Source: Saprospiraceae bacterium (GTDB lineage: Bacteria; Bacteroidota; Bacteroidia; Chitinophagales; Saprospiraceae). From it: DNA of 64,000 nt. This document shows, in pieces, positions 1 to 9,031 of this stretch. Below the pieces are notes generated by a model. The model worked only from the letters and a program-made list of their open reading frames with translations. It did no database searches and was not told where the DNA came from. Numbering within the stretch: position 1 is the stretch's first letter; the number at the start of each line of letters is the position of its first letter. A program made the translations under genes and the position numbers. The DNA lies in assembly GCA_033764075.1 (NCBI GenBank), contig JANRJH010000019.1:34541-98540 (forward strand), written 5' to 3'.

Positions 1-43
1 CGATTTCCTCACGGTAAAACCGGTTTTCAGCGCCTTTCATTTT

Positions 44-1450
44 ATGGTGCGCCCCAAACAGGGCATTACCCACCCCATTGACTGGTACAACGTTCTGCCG
101 CCGTACCTTTTGCCCGAAGAGATTCCGTTTTCAAGGGAAAATCTGCTTGGACTTGTTTTTTCCAAGCTGGGAAACGGCGAAAAAATGCATGCCTGGCTGG
201 CCGAAAACCCTTCCTTGCTGCACGAACTCGACATCCTGTCTCGCCTGCAACACGGAATACCCGTTGATGCTGCCGAGTTGCACTCCGATTTCCAGCCTTT
301 TGAGGAGTACCGCTTTTGCCACAATGCCGCCGTTGTACACCACTACGCCTCCGAGGAACAGCGTTTCGATCCCGAAAAAACAGAGTACTTCTACCGGGAG
401 GCCGTCCAAAACGCACCCAATGGAGAATACGCAGCCTTCAGTGCCCGCCAGTATGCGCTTTTTTTGATCGACTTGAACGCGCTCGACGGCGCAGAGGAGG
501 TGCTGCAGCAGGCCATCCCTTTCGTGCTCTCCGATGAAGCGGCCCTGGAACTGCGCGCTACCTTATGCCAGGTGTGGATGAAAAAGCTGACGGTGCCCTA
601 CGACCCTGCCCTGCTGGAGCGTTTGAAAACAAATCTCTGGGATGTGCTGGAGCATTATCGGCGCCTTGGGCGGGACGTGGAGGAGGGGCTCACCCTCATA
701 GATGCGGCACAGATAGCCCATTACGCCGACAGTTTTGCCGAAGCCCTGGGATACATCAACCGTGCGGTGTCCATTTTCCGGCAGGAACAGATTCCCGAAC
801 TGTTGGCCCAGGCCCACCACCGCCGGGCCTTACTGCTCTACACTTGGGCCAAAAACGGAAGCCCCCAGTTTTTCAAAGGAGCGCTCGAAAGTTTCAAGGA
901 GGCCTTAAAAGTGTTTAACAGGGAAGATGCGCCCGAAGTGTTCGCCGAAATGCAGCAGTACCTGGGCATCATCTACGCCGAGATGCCCGATGAGACGCTC
1001 AAACGCGGGGTGTGGGCGGCCCTGTCGGCTTCCGCCTTTCAGGAAGCGCTGGCGTTTTTTGCCAAAGACCGGCACCCTTATGAATACGCCATGGTGTGCA
1101 ACCACTACGGAAACGCGCTCACCAAATACCCGCCCGCCGTGCACTCCGATAACATCGAAAAAGCCCTGTTCTACTACAACGAGGCCCTGGGCATACGCCG
1201 TGCCGACCGATTCCCGCTGGAACGCGCCACTACCCTGCTCAACTTCGTGGAAGCCTGTTGGCATCTTAACCTGGAGGGCAAAGGCGCCAATACGGCGCTT
1301 TTTGAAGAAATGGTGGCCAAAACCAATGAAGCCCTTCACCTCTCCGACGACCCCCATATTCGCGACGAAGCACACCGGCACCTGGAAAGGCTGGAGTCCT
1401 TGCGTGCGGCCCTTCAGCTCGAGGGAGAATCAATGCCCGATCCTGCCTGA
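44..1450 (+). CDS. All-alpha TPR-like protein of unknown function, ends 6 nt before hypA
   Basis: 468-codon ATG-initiated ORF. Its composition is helical and repeat-like (L/A/E/Y-rich). The stop is at 1448-1450 and the hypA ATG is at 1457. I cannot name a family. Confidence 0.6.
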   Translation: MVRPKQGITHPIDWYNVLPPYLLPEEIPFSRENLLGLVFSKLGNGEKMHAWLAENPSLLHELDILSRLQHGIPVDAAELHSDFQPFEEYRFCHNAAVVHHYASEEQRFDPEKTEYFYREAVQNAPNGEYAAFSARQYALFLIDLNALDGAEEVLQQAIPFVLSDEAALELRATLCQVWMKKLTVPYDPALLERLKTNLWDVLEHYRRLGRDVEEGLTLIDAAQIAHYADSFAEALGYINRAVSIFRQEQIPELLAQAHHRRALLLYTWAKNGSPQFFKGALESFKEALKVFNREDAPEVFAEMQQYLGIIYAEMPDETLKRGVWAALSASAFQEALAFFAKDRHPYEYAMVCNHYGNALTKYPPAVHSDNIEKALFYYNEALGIRRADRFPLERATTLLNFVEACWHLNLEGKGANTALFEEMVAKTNEALHLSDDPHIRDEAHRHLERLESLRAALQLEGESMPDPA

Positions 1451-1456
1451 GTCAAC

Positions 1457-1804
1457 ATGCACGAGATATCGCTTGTCCGCACAATTTTCCGTACCCTGGA
1501 GGAGCAGTTCCCTCCCGAGGAGCTTGGGCGCATTACCGCTGTGCTGCTCAAAATTGGGCCTTTGGCTAATGTGGAGCCTGTACTGTTGCACAATGCTTTC
1601 GATGCCGTGGTGCAGGAAGAAGAGACCAGATTCTCCGGCGCCAGCCTGCGGATACGCCTGTTGCCGGTTTTGGTGCAATGCGATGCTTGTGGGGCCGTCA
1701 CCGAGGTGCTGAACTACCGATTTGTTTGTGCCGATTGCGGAAAACCAAGCGGGAACGTAGTGCAAGGCAATGAACTGATGATTGAGGGGGTGGAATTGGC
1801 GTAA
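1457..1804 (+). CDS. hypA: Hydrogenase nickel incorporation protein HypA
   Basis: Starts with the characteristic MHEISL N-terminus. It is 115 aa and has two CxxC pairs (CDAC, CADC) forming the Zn site. Confidence 0.9.
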   Translation: MHEISLVRTIFRTLEEQFPPEELGRITAVLLKIGPLANVEPVLLHNAFDAVVQEEETRFSGASLRIRLLPVLVQCDACGAVTEVLNYRFVCADCGKPSGNVVQGNELMIEGVELA

Positions 1805-1904
1805 GCTATGCAGGCTTATCCCGATCCACCGAAGGGATCACGGGATCGCATGTTGAACCCGGCGCACCTGTTGTCCGGGGTTAAATATGGGCGCTGCTTG
1901 TGAT

Positions 1905-2477
1905 TCAGCTTTTATCGTCCCGTTTTCGCTGGTCCAGGTACCGGCGTATCCGTGCTGCACTTTCGTAGTCTTCTTTTTCGACCACTTTTTGCAACAGCTC
2001 TTCCAGTTCGGGGATGGTATATTCCGCAAATGAACCTTTTTTCTGTCGCCCCGTCAAATCGGCTGACAGCATCCCGGCCTCTTCCACCAGCGATTCGTAC
2101 GTGTACACCGGCGCGTCGACGCGAACGGCAAGCGCTATGGCGTCCGACGTGCGGGCGTCCAGGGTGACGCGTTCGCCGTTGGCTTTCCGGATGAAGATCT
2201 TGGCGAAAAACACTTCATTGAGCAACTGGTCGATGAGCACTTCTTCTACCGTTGCGTCGAGTGCCTTCAGGGTATTGCGCAGCAGGTCATGGGTAAGGGG
2301 CCGCGGGGGCGTGATGTTTTCCATGGCCATAGCGATGGCCTGTGCTTCAGGGGCGCCAATGATGATGGGTATGCGGCGCAGTTGTTTCAGGTCTTCCAGC
2401 ACCAGGGTGTAATGGCCAGGTTGCGACTCGCTGTTGGACAGCGCCACCACGGCCAGTTCTACTTTTTCCGACATCAT
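1905..2477 (-). CDS. Bifunctional nuclease (DUF151/BFN) family protein with a C-terminal UVR-like motif
   Basis: 190 aa. The N-terminal motif is GHYTLVLED...RIPIIIGAPEAQAIAMA...PRPLTHDLL. The C-terminal EELEELLQKVVEKEDYESAARIRRYL resembles a UvrB/C motif. ATG start. Confidence 0.75.
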   Translation of the reverse strand: MMSEKVELAVVALSNSESQPGHYTLVLEDLKQLRRIPIIIGAPEAQAIAMAMENITPPRPLTHDLLRNTLKALDATVEEVLIDQLLNEVFFAKIFIRKANGERVTLDARTSDAIALAVRVDAPVYTYESLVEEAGMLSADLTGRQKKGSFAEYTIPELEELLQKVVEKEDYESAARIRRYLDQRKRDDKS

Positions 2478-2501
2478 CTGTATTGTTTGCTAAACAACAA
2501 C

Positions 2502-3128
2502 TCATCCTCCCATCAGGTTTTCCCACACCACCTTGGCCCCGAAGACCATGCACAGCAGAGAGGAGAGCAGGGTGAATGCCCAGCGCACTTCGTTGCCCCG
2601 GCTGATCTTTTGGGAGAGCGGCAGGCTGAATACGCCTGAGGCCAGCAACATGCCGACCACGGAACCAAAACCGAAGATGAGCAGGTATACGATTCCGTCG
2701 AAGCTACTCTTTAGTTGGGTCATCACCAGCAGTACCAGCGCGCCACTGCCGGCCAGCCCGTGCACCAGGCCAACGCCGTAAGCGAGGTGGTGGTGCGGCT
2801 CTTCGTGGTGGTGATCGTGCACAGTTGGTTCAATGCGCCTTGCTTTCCACAGGCGGTAGGCGCCCAGTACGATCAGCATCAAACCTACTGCTGCTTCGAA
2901 GTAACTGAAGGTACGTTCGGCAATGGAGACCCGGATAACAATCACGAGCAGGCCCACCAGCAAAATGGTTGAGGTATGGCCCAGGCCCCAGTACACGCCA
3001 TCCTTGAGCGAGGCCAGGAGGGTGCGTCTTCGGGTAACAATATTGCTGACGGCCAGCAGATGGTCTACCTCGAAGGCATGGGTAAACCCGACGACAGCAG
3101 CGAATAAAAGCGGTATGGTGGCTTCCAT
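2502..3128 (-). CDS. Nickel/cobalt permease (NicO/UreH-like, HX4DH motif)
   Basis: The internal ATG at 3128 gives a 208-aa polytopic membrane protein. It has THAFEVDH (HX4DH) in the first TM segment and a His-rich loop, HDHHHEEPHHH. It sits in the hyp operon. Confidence 0.75.
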   Translation of the reverse strand: MEATIPLLFAAVVGFTHAFEVDHLLAVSNIVTRRRTLLASLKDGVYWGLGHTSTILLVGLLVIVIRVSIAERTFSYFEAAVGLMLIVLGAYRLWKARRIEPTVHDHHHEEPHHHLAYGVGLVHGLAGSGALVLLVMTQLKSSFDGIVYLLIFGFGSVVGMLLASGVFSLPLSQKISRGNEVRWAFTLLSSLLCMVFGAKVVWENLMGG

Positions 3129-3130
3129 AT

Positions 3131-4270
3131 TCAGAGATTGTACATAACAATGCGGTGGTTGCCGGTGTCTGTTACAGCCAGGCGGTTGCCTTCGGTGCAA
3201 ATAGAAAACGGCCAGTAAAGATTTTTTTCGGTACCCAAAATGGTTTCAGCGTTTTCACTGCCGGTCTGGAAATCCGGTTTGCCCAGCAGCCCGTCGGCCG
3301 GACTTCCGTTTTGCCCGAGCAGGCGGGTGTACCGCAGTATCCGGGAGTTGCCGGTGTCGGCTACCAGCAGCCCATCGGCGAAAAAAGCCGTATCGTAGCA
3401 CCAACTAAGGGTGTCTGCATCGGGGTGCAACTGATAGCGGTTCTGCCCATTGCCGTCCAGGTCGGTTTGACCGATGATGCCGTGGGCAGGTTGTGAAAAA
3501 GCATCCCGCCAATGACGCCACCACAATACCCGGTAAAACTGGGTGTCGGCAATGGCCATTGCACCGTTTGCGCCAATTTTCACCGAATAGGGCCACACCG
3601 GGTTCTGGTTGTCGTAGTCGCGGCTGGTTAGGTCGGGTTTGCCCACCACCGCCTGTGCAGCGGAGAAAGAGGTTGCCGGAATGTCGTCGAAATACAACAC
3701 CCGCCGGTTGCCGGTGTCGGCAATCCACAACCGCGTGCCGTCGCTGTAAACCCCGTAAGGCCAGAACAGGGTTCGGGCATCGGGTGGGGCGCCAACGCCG
3801 GCAATATTGGGCTCGTTTCGGTTAAAATCGGGCTGACCCAGCACCACATCGGCAGCCTGGCCGGTTCGGGTGGGCATGGTGTGCCAGATGAGTACGCGGT
3901 GGTTCCAGGCGTCGGCGACGATGAGGCGCCGGCCGTCGCTCCACAACCCGGATGGATACTGCAGGGTGTGTGCGGAGGCATTGCCTCCGCCGTTTCGCCC
4001 GGTGCTGTCCGCGTCTCCCTGGCCCAACACTACGTCGGGTTCGGCATACAGGCTTGTGGGGATATTTCGCCAGATAAACACCCGATTGCGCCCGGTGTCG
4101 GACACGAGCAGTTGTCCACCACACATCCAAACGCCGCGGGGCGCCAGGAAGGGCGTATTTTCCGGGCCTTTGAACAGCAGGGCAGGCAGTTGGGCTTGCT
4201 GCCGGGGCCCGGAGCGTTCCGGGTCAGGTGCTCCCTTTTTCAGGGTAATGTTTAGAACAGTAGGGTCCAC
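3131..4270 (-). CDS. NHL-repeat six-bladed beta-propeller protein, no signal peptide
   Basis: Six repeats of the xxDTGNxR(I/V)xx(W/Y/F) type are present. GTG start. There is a 25-nt gap to the hypE stop and a 2-nt gap to the permease ATG. Confidence 0.7.
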   Translation of the reverse strand: MDPTVLNITLKKGAPDPERSGPRQQAQLPALLFKGPENTPFLAPRGVWMCGGQLLVSDTGRNRVFIWRNIPTSLYAEPDVVLGQGDADSTGRNGGGNASAHTLQYPSGLWSDGRRLIVADAWNHRVLIWHTMPTRTGQAADVVLGQPDFNRNEPNIAGVGAPPDARTLFWPYGVYSDGTRLWIADTGNRRVLYFDDIPATSFSAAQAVVGKPDLTSRDYDNQNPVWPYSVKIGANGAMAIADTQFYRVLWWRHWRDAFSQPAHGIIGQTDLDGNGQNRYQLHPDADTLSWCYDTAFFADGLLVADTGNSRILRYTRLLGQNGSPADGLLGKPDFQTGSENAETILGTEKNLYWPFSICTEGNRLAVTDTGNHRIVMYNL

Positions 4271-4295
4271 AGCAGTTCGTTTACGCGTTTCGATA

Positions 4296-5336
4296 TCAAC
4301 AAATTCGGGGTAATTGTTCGCCTACCGGCATATTGACCACCCTTCGTCCGCCTATGCTGCTGTTCAGAACAACCTGCCGCGGATGCTCTTCGACCACTGT
4401 GCCGATTATTGCAGCATGCTGCCCGTTGGGGTCTGCTTGCAGGGCAGCCAGCACCGCGTCGCTCGACTGCTCGGCCACCACGGCGATGAATATGCCCTCA
4501 TTAGCGACGTAAAGGGGGTCGAGGCCCAGCAGTTCGCAAGCCCCGCTCACCGCTTCCAGCATGGGAATGGCGCGTTCTTCGAGCCGTATGCCGAGGCGGG
4601 TGTCGCGGGTCATTTCGTTGAGCACCGTGGCCACCCCCCCACGGGTAGGGTCGTGCAGGAGGTGAATACTGTCGCCGAAAGTGTCGATCAGTTGGATGAC
4701 CGTGTGGTTGAGGTTGGTGGTATCGCTCACCAGCGAAGTTTCAAACGTGAGCCCCTGGCGGACACTGAGTATGGCGATACCGTGGGTGGCTACATGTCCA
4801 CTGACGATGATGCGGTCTCCCGGGCGAACGCGGGTCTTGCGGATGTCGGCTTTGGGGTGCACCTCGCCAATCCCGCTGGTGTTAATGAATACCTGATCAC
4901 CCTTTCCCCTTTCCACAACCTTGGTGTCGCCGGTCACAATGGCCACACCGGCTCGTTCTGCGGCGAACTTGATGCCCACCAACACCTCCCAGAAAGCGCG
5001 CATGGAGAGGCCTTCTTCCAGAATGAACGCTAGGGAGAGGTAACGTGCCCGTGCGCCGCACATGGCCAGATCATTCACCGTTCCGTTTACCGCCAGCTCG
5101 CCGATGTTACCGCCCGGAAAAAAGATGGGCGAGATCACGTAGCTGTCGGTAGAAAACGCCATCCGACCGGTTTGCACCTGAAAAACAGCGCCGTCGTGGT
5201 GTTCGTCGAGCAGCTCGTTTTTGAACAGGTCGAACACGCCGCTCTCCAGCAGCCGATTGGTGAGCAGGCCCCCACTGCCGTGCCCGAGGGTAATGACCTC
5301 GAAGTCCAGTTGCGGCATGGGACATTGCAGCTGCAT
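4296..5336 (-). CDS. hypE: Hydrogenase expression/formation protein HypE
   Basis: AIR-synthase-like fold motifs and the diagnostic C-terminal PRIC. I trimmed the ORF-track N-terminus, which overlaps hypD, to ATG 5336. ATG 5318 is an alternative start. Confidence 0.9.
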   Translation of the reverse strand: MQLQCPMPQLDFEVITLGHGSGGLLTNRLLESGVFDLFKNELLDEHHDGAVFQVQTGRMAFSTDSYVISPIFFPGGNIGELAVNGTVNDLAMCGARARYLSLAFILEEGLSMRAFWEVLVGIKFAAERAGVAIVTGDTKVVERGKGDQVFINTSGIGEVHPKADIRKTRVRPGDRIIVSGHVATHGIAILSVRQGLTFETSLVSDTTNLNHTVIQLIDTFGDSIHLLHDPTRGGVATVLNEMTRDTRLGIRLEERAIPMLEAVSGACELLGLDPLYVANEGIFIAVVAEQSSDAVLAALQADPNGQHAAIIGTVVEEHPRQVVLNSSIGGRRVVNMPVGEQLPRIC

Positions 5337-5346
5337 CTGTATTTTG

Positions 5347-6453
5347 TCAGTTGGTGTCAACGGTTTCCAGTGTTTGTGCAAAGTGGTAGTAAGCGGCGCA
5401 GGCGCCTTCAGAGGACACCATGGGGGCGCCAAGCGGGTTTTGGGGGGTGCATTTTTTGCCGAACTGCGGGCATTCATGCGGTTTTTTGATGCCTTTGAGT
5501 ACTTGTCCGGCGATGCATTCGGTATTTTCAAGTGCGGGCGGCAGACGCAGGTCGAACTTGTGGTTGGCATCGAAAGCCGCCAGTTCCGGGCGTAGTTCGT
5601 AGCCACTGTTCGGGATGGTGCCGATGCCGCGCCATTCGCGGTCTGTCACCTCGAATACGGAATCAATCACCTTGCGGGCCTCCGGGTTCCCCTCCGATTT
5701 TACCACCCGGCTGTACTGATTTTCCAGCCGGTGTTCGCCGTTTTCCAGCTGTCGCAACACCATCAGAATACCCTGCACCAGATCAACCGGTTCAAAGCCG
5801 GTCACCACCACCGGAATCCGGTAGCGGTCGGCTATGGGTCCGTATTCGGCAGTACCCATGATGGTGCAAACGTGCCCGGCAGCCAAAAAACCCTGAATAT
5901 GCGACTCCGGATCGTTCATGACGGCCTCCATCGCCGGGGGGACCAGCACGTGGGAGGTGAGCAAGCTGTAGTTGCGCACCCCAAGACGCTGCGCGTGCAC
6001 CACAGACAATGCATTTGCGGGTGCGGTAGTCTCGAACCCCACGGCGAAAAAGACGACTTCGCGCTGCGGGTTCTGTTGGGCGAGCGCAACGGCTTCCAGG
6101 GGCGAGTACAGTATCCGCACATCGGCCCCGGCGGCCTTGGCTTCCAACAGGCTCTGTCTGGAGCCGGGCACGCGCAGCATGTCGCCAAAAGAGCATAAAA
6201 TAACGCCCTTTTCCAGCGCAAGAAACACCGCTTTGTCGATCAGGCTTTGCGGCGTTACACACACCGGACAGCCGGGGCCGTGCACCATACGGACCTGATC
6301 GGGTAGCATTTGCAAAATTCCGTTCTTGACCAGGCTGTGCGTCTGCCCGCCACATACCTCCATAATGGTCCAAGGGCGCGTGACCACGCGCCGGATCTCG
6401 TCAAGGTACCTGGCCACAACGTCGGCGTCCCTAAATTCGGAGATGAACTTCAT
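5347..6453 (-). CDS. hypD: Hydrogenase formation protein HypD
   Basis: 368 aa with the GPGCPVCV motif and a CGGxTH-like region (EVCGGQTH). Confidence 0.93.
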   Translation of the reverse strand: MKFISEFRDADVVARYLDEIRRVVTRPWTIMEVCGGQTHSLVKNGILQMLPDQVRMVHGPGCPVCVTPQSLIDKAVFLALEKGVILCSFGDMLRVPGSRQSLLEAKAAGADVRILYSPLEAVALAQQNPQREVVFFAVGFETTAPANALSVVHAQRLGVRNYSLLTSHVLVPPAMEAVMNDPESHIQGFLAAGHVCTIMGTAEYGPIADRYRIPVVVTGFEPVDLVQGILMVLRQLENGEHRLENQYSRVVKSEGNPEARKVIDSVFEVTDREWRGIGTIPNSGYELRPELAAFDANHKFDLRLPPALENTECIAGQVLKGIKKPHECPQFGKKCTPQNPLGAPMVSSEGACAAYYHFAQTLETVDTN

Positions 6454-6459
6454 GGCGAT

Positions 6460-6720
6460 TTACAGTTGGGTGTGTTCAATGAGTTCATCGATCTCGCCGA
6501 TCTGCGACAGGTACTCAAACGTTTTTTGGGCTTCTGCCTCGTCCACTATGCTGATGGCAACGCCAACGTGCACGAGCACGTAGTCGCCCTCCCGGGCAAG
6601 GGGGACCATTTCGAGACTGGCTTCTTTGGTGATGCCACCAAACTGAACTTTGGCCATTTTCACCAGTCCATCGTGCAGGTGTTCAATAGCGGTGATCTTA
6701 CCGGGTATGGCTAAACACAT
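6460..6720 (-). CDS. hypC: Hydrogenase assembly chaperone HypC/HupF
   Basis: Starts MCLAIPGK (N-terminal Cys after Met). About 86 aa after trimming the ORF to ATG 6720. Confidence 0.9.
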   Translation of the reverse strand: MCLAIPGKITAIEHLHDGLVKMAKVQFGGITKEASLEMVPLAREGDYVLVHVGVAISIVDEAEAQKTFEYLSQIGEIDELIEHTQL

Positions 6721-6730
6721 GAATGTTGGT

Positions 6731-9031
6731 TTAAGCGTTATTGAGACAGGTTGAAAAGTGTTGTTTATTAGCAATTTCGGTCGATAAAAACTTGCGGTGT
6801 GCCCATTGCCCGAACGCAATGTTCTCGTCGTTGGGCGACAGCTGTCGGTGGAAATGTAAAGTATACTGCGATCCCAGGCGCTTTTGAATGAGCTCCACCA
6901 GCAGGGCGTTCTGGAAGACCCCGCCACTGAACGCAACGTGCGACGCTTCGGACCGGTCGGCTTCCATCGCTATGATATCAACCAGGGTCAGGTGGAAAGT
7001 CCAGGCCCAAAAATCTGGTGTCTGGCCTTGTAAACGAGCGGTAGTCAGCGCGTCGATCCAGCCGTCGAGCCGACTGGAAACATCGTTAAAGCCCGACTCG
7101 TTTCCGGGCAATCGATCGTTGGATTGGATATACCGGCGCGCGCAGGCCTCCAGGCGCATGGCCGCCTCGCCTTCGTAGCTGGAAACGTCGATCAGGCCCA
7201 GGAGCGACGCTACGGCGTCGAACACCCGGCCCATGCTTGAGGTCAAAGGTCCCTGGTGCTGGTGCAGTAGATTGGTATACAGCCCCCACTCCTGGCTCGA
7301 AAATTTGTTGCAAAGCAAGGCTTCGGCGTCCGGATGTCTGCCAAACAGTGCAAGGGCCGACAAACGCGGTTCCTTCGGCATTTTATCGCCCATGAGCAAG
7401 GGGAAATAGGGCAAATGGGACTGACGGCGGACAACGCCGTTTTCAAACAGGAAAAACTCGCCCCCCCAAACATGCCCGTCGGTGCCCAGACCGGTGCCGT
7501 CCCAGATAACGCCTAAAACCGGTTCGGGGCGTTCCATCAGGTTGTTCTCGGCCAGTACAGCAGCCAGGTGCGCCTCGTGATGCTGCACTTGCCGGAACGG
7601 TATGCCCCAGCCCTCAGCCAGTTGGCGCCCCAGGGAGGTGCTGAAGTAACCGGGATGCAGGTCGCCGACGACTTCCTCCGGCGCCATTTGAAACAAACCG
7701 GCCGTGCGTTGCAAATGGAAAAGGAAGCGCTGCTGGGCATCGTAATCAATCAGATCGCCCCAGTATGGACTGATAAATAAATTGCCGCCGTAGGTGAGGG
7801 TGAAAGTACTTTTCAAATCGGCGCCCACCGCTACCGTTTGCCGGTCGCCCACATCCAGCCCGGGAACGATCATGGTCGGCGCCAGGCCACGTGCGCGGCG
7901 CAAGATTACCCGTGTCTGGCCGGCAAAGGCGACCACACTATCGTCTTGCGGGGTTTCGATGCGCCGGTTGTGGGTCAGAAAGGCATCGGCTATCCCGGAT
8001 AACGCACCCAGCCCGGATTCGGTGAAGACAATGGGCTGCCGGCTGCTGTTGGCACTAGTGGCGACCACCGGTTTGCCGAAGGCGCGGAGCAGCAAGGCCA
8101 ATAATGGTGCGTAGGGCAGCATGACCCCTACCTTGTCGAGTCCGGGTGCAATGGCAGAACATACAAGGCCGGACGCCGGATGTTCTGTCAAACTGGCCAG
8201 TACAATAGGGGCAGCCGGGCCGGTTAGCTCGGCCAGCGCACCGTCTCTGATGGACACATCACCGAGCAGGGTTGTCACATCAGGGTACATCAGGGCAAAA
8301 GGCTTGGCAGGGCGGCGCTTGCGCGCACGCAGGGTCCGCACGGTTGAATCATTGGTGGCATCACAGGTCAGCAGGTAACCGCCGATGCCTTTGACGGCGA
8401 CAATGTGTCCGGCGGCCCATAGTTCGACTACCGCCTCCATGGGGGAGCAGTCGGGAGCAATAGCGCCATCTAATTGCAGGCGGATGCCGCATTCGGGGCA
8501 GGAATTGGTTTGGGCGTAAAATCTGCGGTCGGCAGGGTTTTCGTATTCGGCAAGGCAGCCCGGGCACATGGTGAAGTCGCGCATGCTGGTGCCTTCCCGA
8601 TCATATGGCAATTCGGAGATGATCGAATAGCGGGGGCCGCAAATCGTACAGGTTGTAAAGGCGTACTGGTGACGCCTGTTTCCGGGCGTCTCGATCGCTT
8701 CGCGGCAACCGGCACACAAGGCGATGTCGGGTGTAATCAGCAGAGAAGGTATCCCCTCTCCTGCACTGTGGCGAATGACAAATTGATCGGCAGGGGCGTC
8801 TGTCGTTTTTTCCATGGAAGCGCCGGTAATGCGGCTGCCTGTAGGGGCATGCGCGAGCAGGTAATCCAAAAACGAAGACGCTGTGTCGGCCGTACCGTTC
8901 ACGCAGATATCAACACCTCCCCATCCGTTCGCCACCCAGCCGGTGAGTTGCTTTTCTGTGGCTGTTTTCCAAACAAAAGGGCGGAAGCCAACGCCTTGCA
9001 CCTGTCCGTTAATGCGCAAGCGCCAAGTCAT
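6731..9031 (-). CDS. hypF: Carbamoyltransferase HypF
   Basis: Contains an acylphosphatase domain (VQGVGFRPFV), two CxxC-x18-CxxC zinc fingers and YrdC plus Kae1-like domains. The ATG at 9031 overlaps the hypB TGA (ATGA). Confidence 0.93.
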   Translation of the reverse strand: MTWRLRINGQVQGVGFRPFVWKTATEKQLTGWVANGWGGVDICVNGTADTASSFLDYLLAHAPTGSRITGASMEKTTDAPADQFVIRHSAGEGIPSLLITPDIALCAGCREAIETPGNRRHQYAFTTCTICGPRYSIISELPYDREGTSMRDFTMCPGCLAEYENPADRRFYAQTNSCPECGIRLQLDGAIAPDCSPMEAVVELWAAGHIVAVKGIGGYLLTCDATNDSTVRTLRARKRRPAKPFALMYPDVTTLLGDVSIRDGALAELTGPAAPIVLASLTEHPASGLVCSAIAPGLDKVGVMLPYAPLLALLLRAFGKPVVATSANSSRQPIVFTESGLGALSGIADAFLTHNRRIETPQDDSVVAFAGQTRVILRRARGLAPTMIVPGLDVGDRQTVAVGADLKSTFTLTYGGNLFISPYWGDLIDYDAQQRFLFHLQRTAGLFQMAPEEVVGDLHPGYFSTSLGRQLAEGWGIPFRQVQHHEAHLAAVLAENNLMERPEPVLGVIWDGTGLGTDGHVWGGEFFLFENGVVRRQSHLPYFPLLMGDKMPKEPRLSALALFGRHPDAEALLCNKFSSQEWGLYTNLLHQHQGPLTSSMGRVFDAVASLLGLIDVSSYEGEAAMRLEACARRYIQSNDRLPGNESGFNDVSSRLDGWIDALTTARLQGQTPDFWAWTFHLTLVDIIAMEADRSEASHVAFSGGVFQNALLVELIQKRLGSQYTLHFHRQLSPNDENIAFGQWAHRKFLSTEIANKQHFSTCLNNA

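Noticed and set aside
1805-1904. Possible terminator hairpin (ATCCCGATCC...GGATCACGGGAT) between the convergent hypA and BFN genes.
   Set aside because: The stem is imperfect and has no U-tract on either side, so it is too weak to call.
5337-5606. N-terminal 90 codons of the hypE ORF, and similar 5' extensions of the hypC, hypF, hypB, udk, EEP, HAD and ABC exporter ORFs.
   Set aside because: The extensions overlap the upstream gene or repeat DNA and precede the conserved family N-termini. Several ORF-track starts are TTG or GTG rather than ATG.
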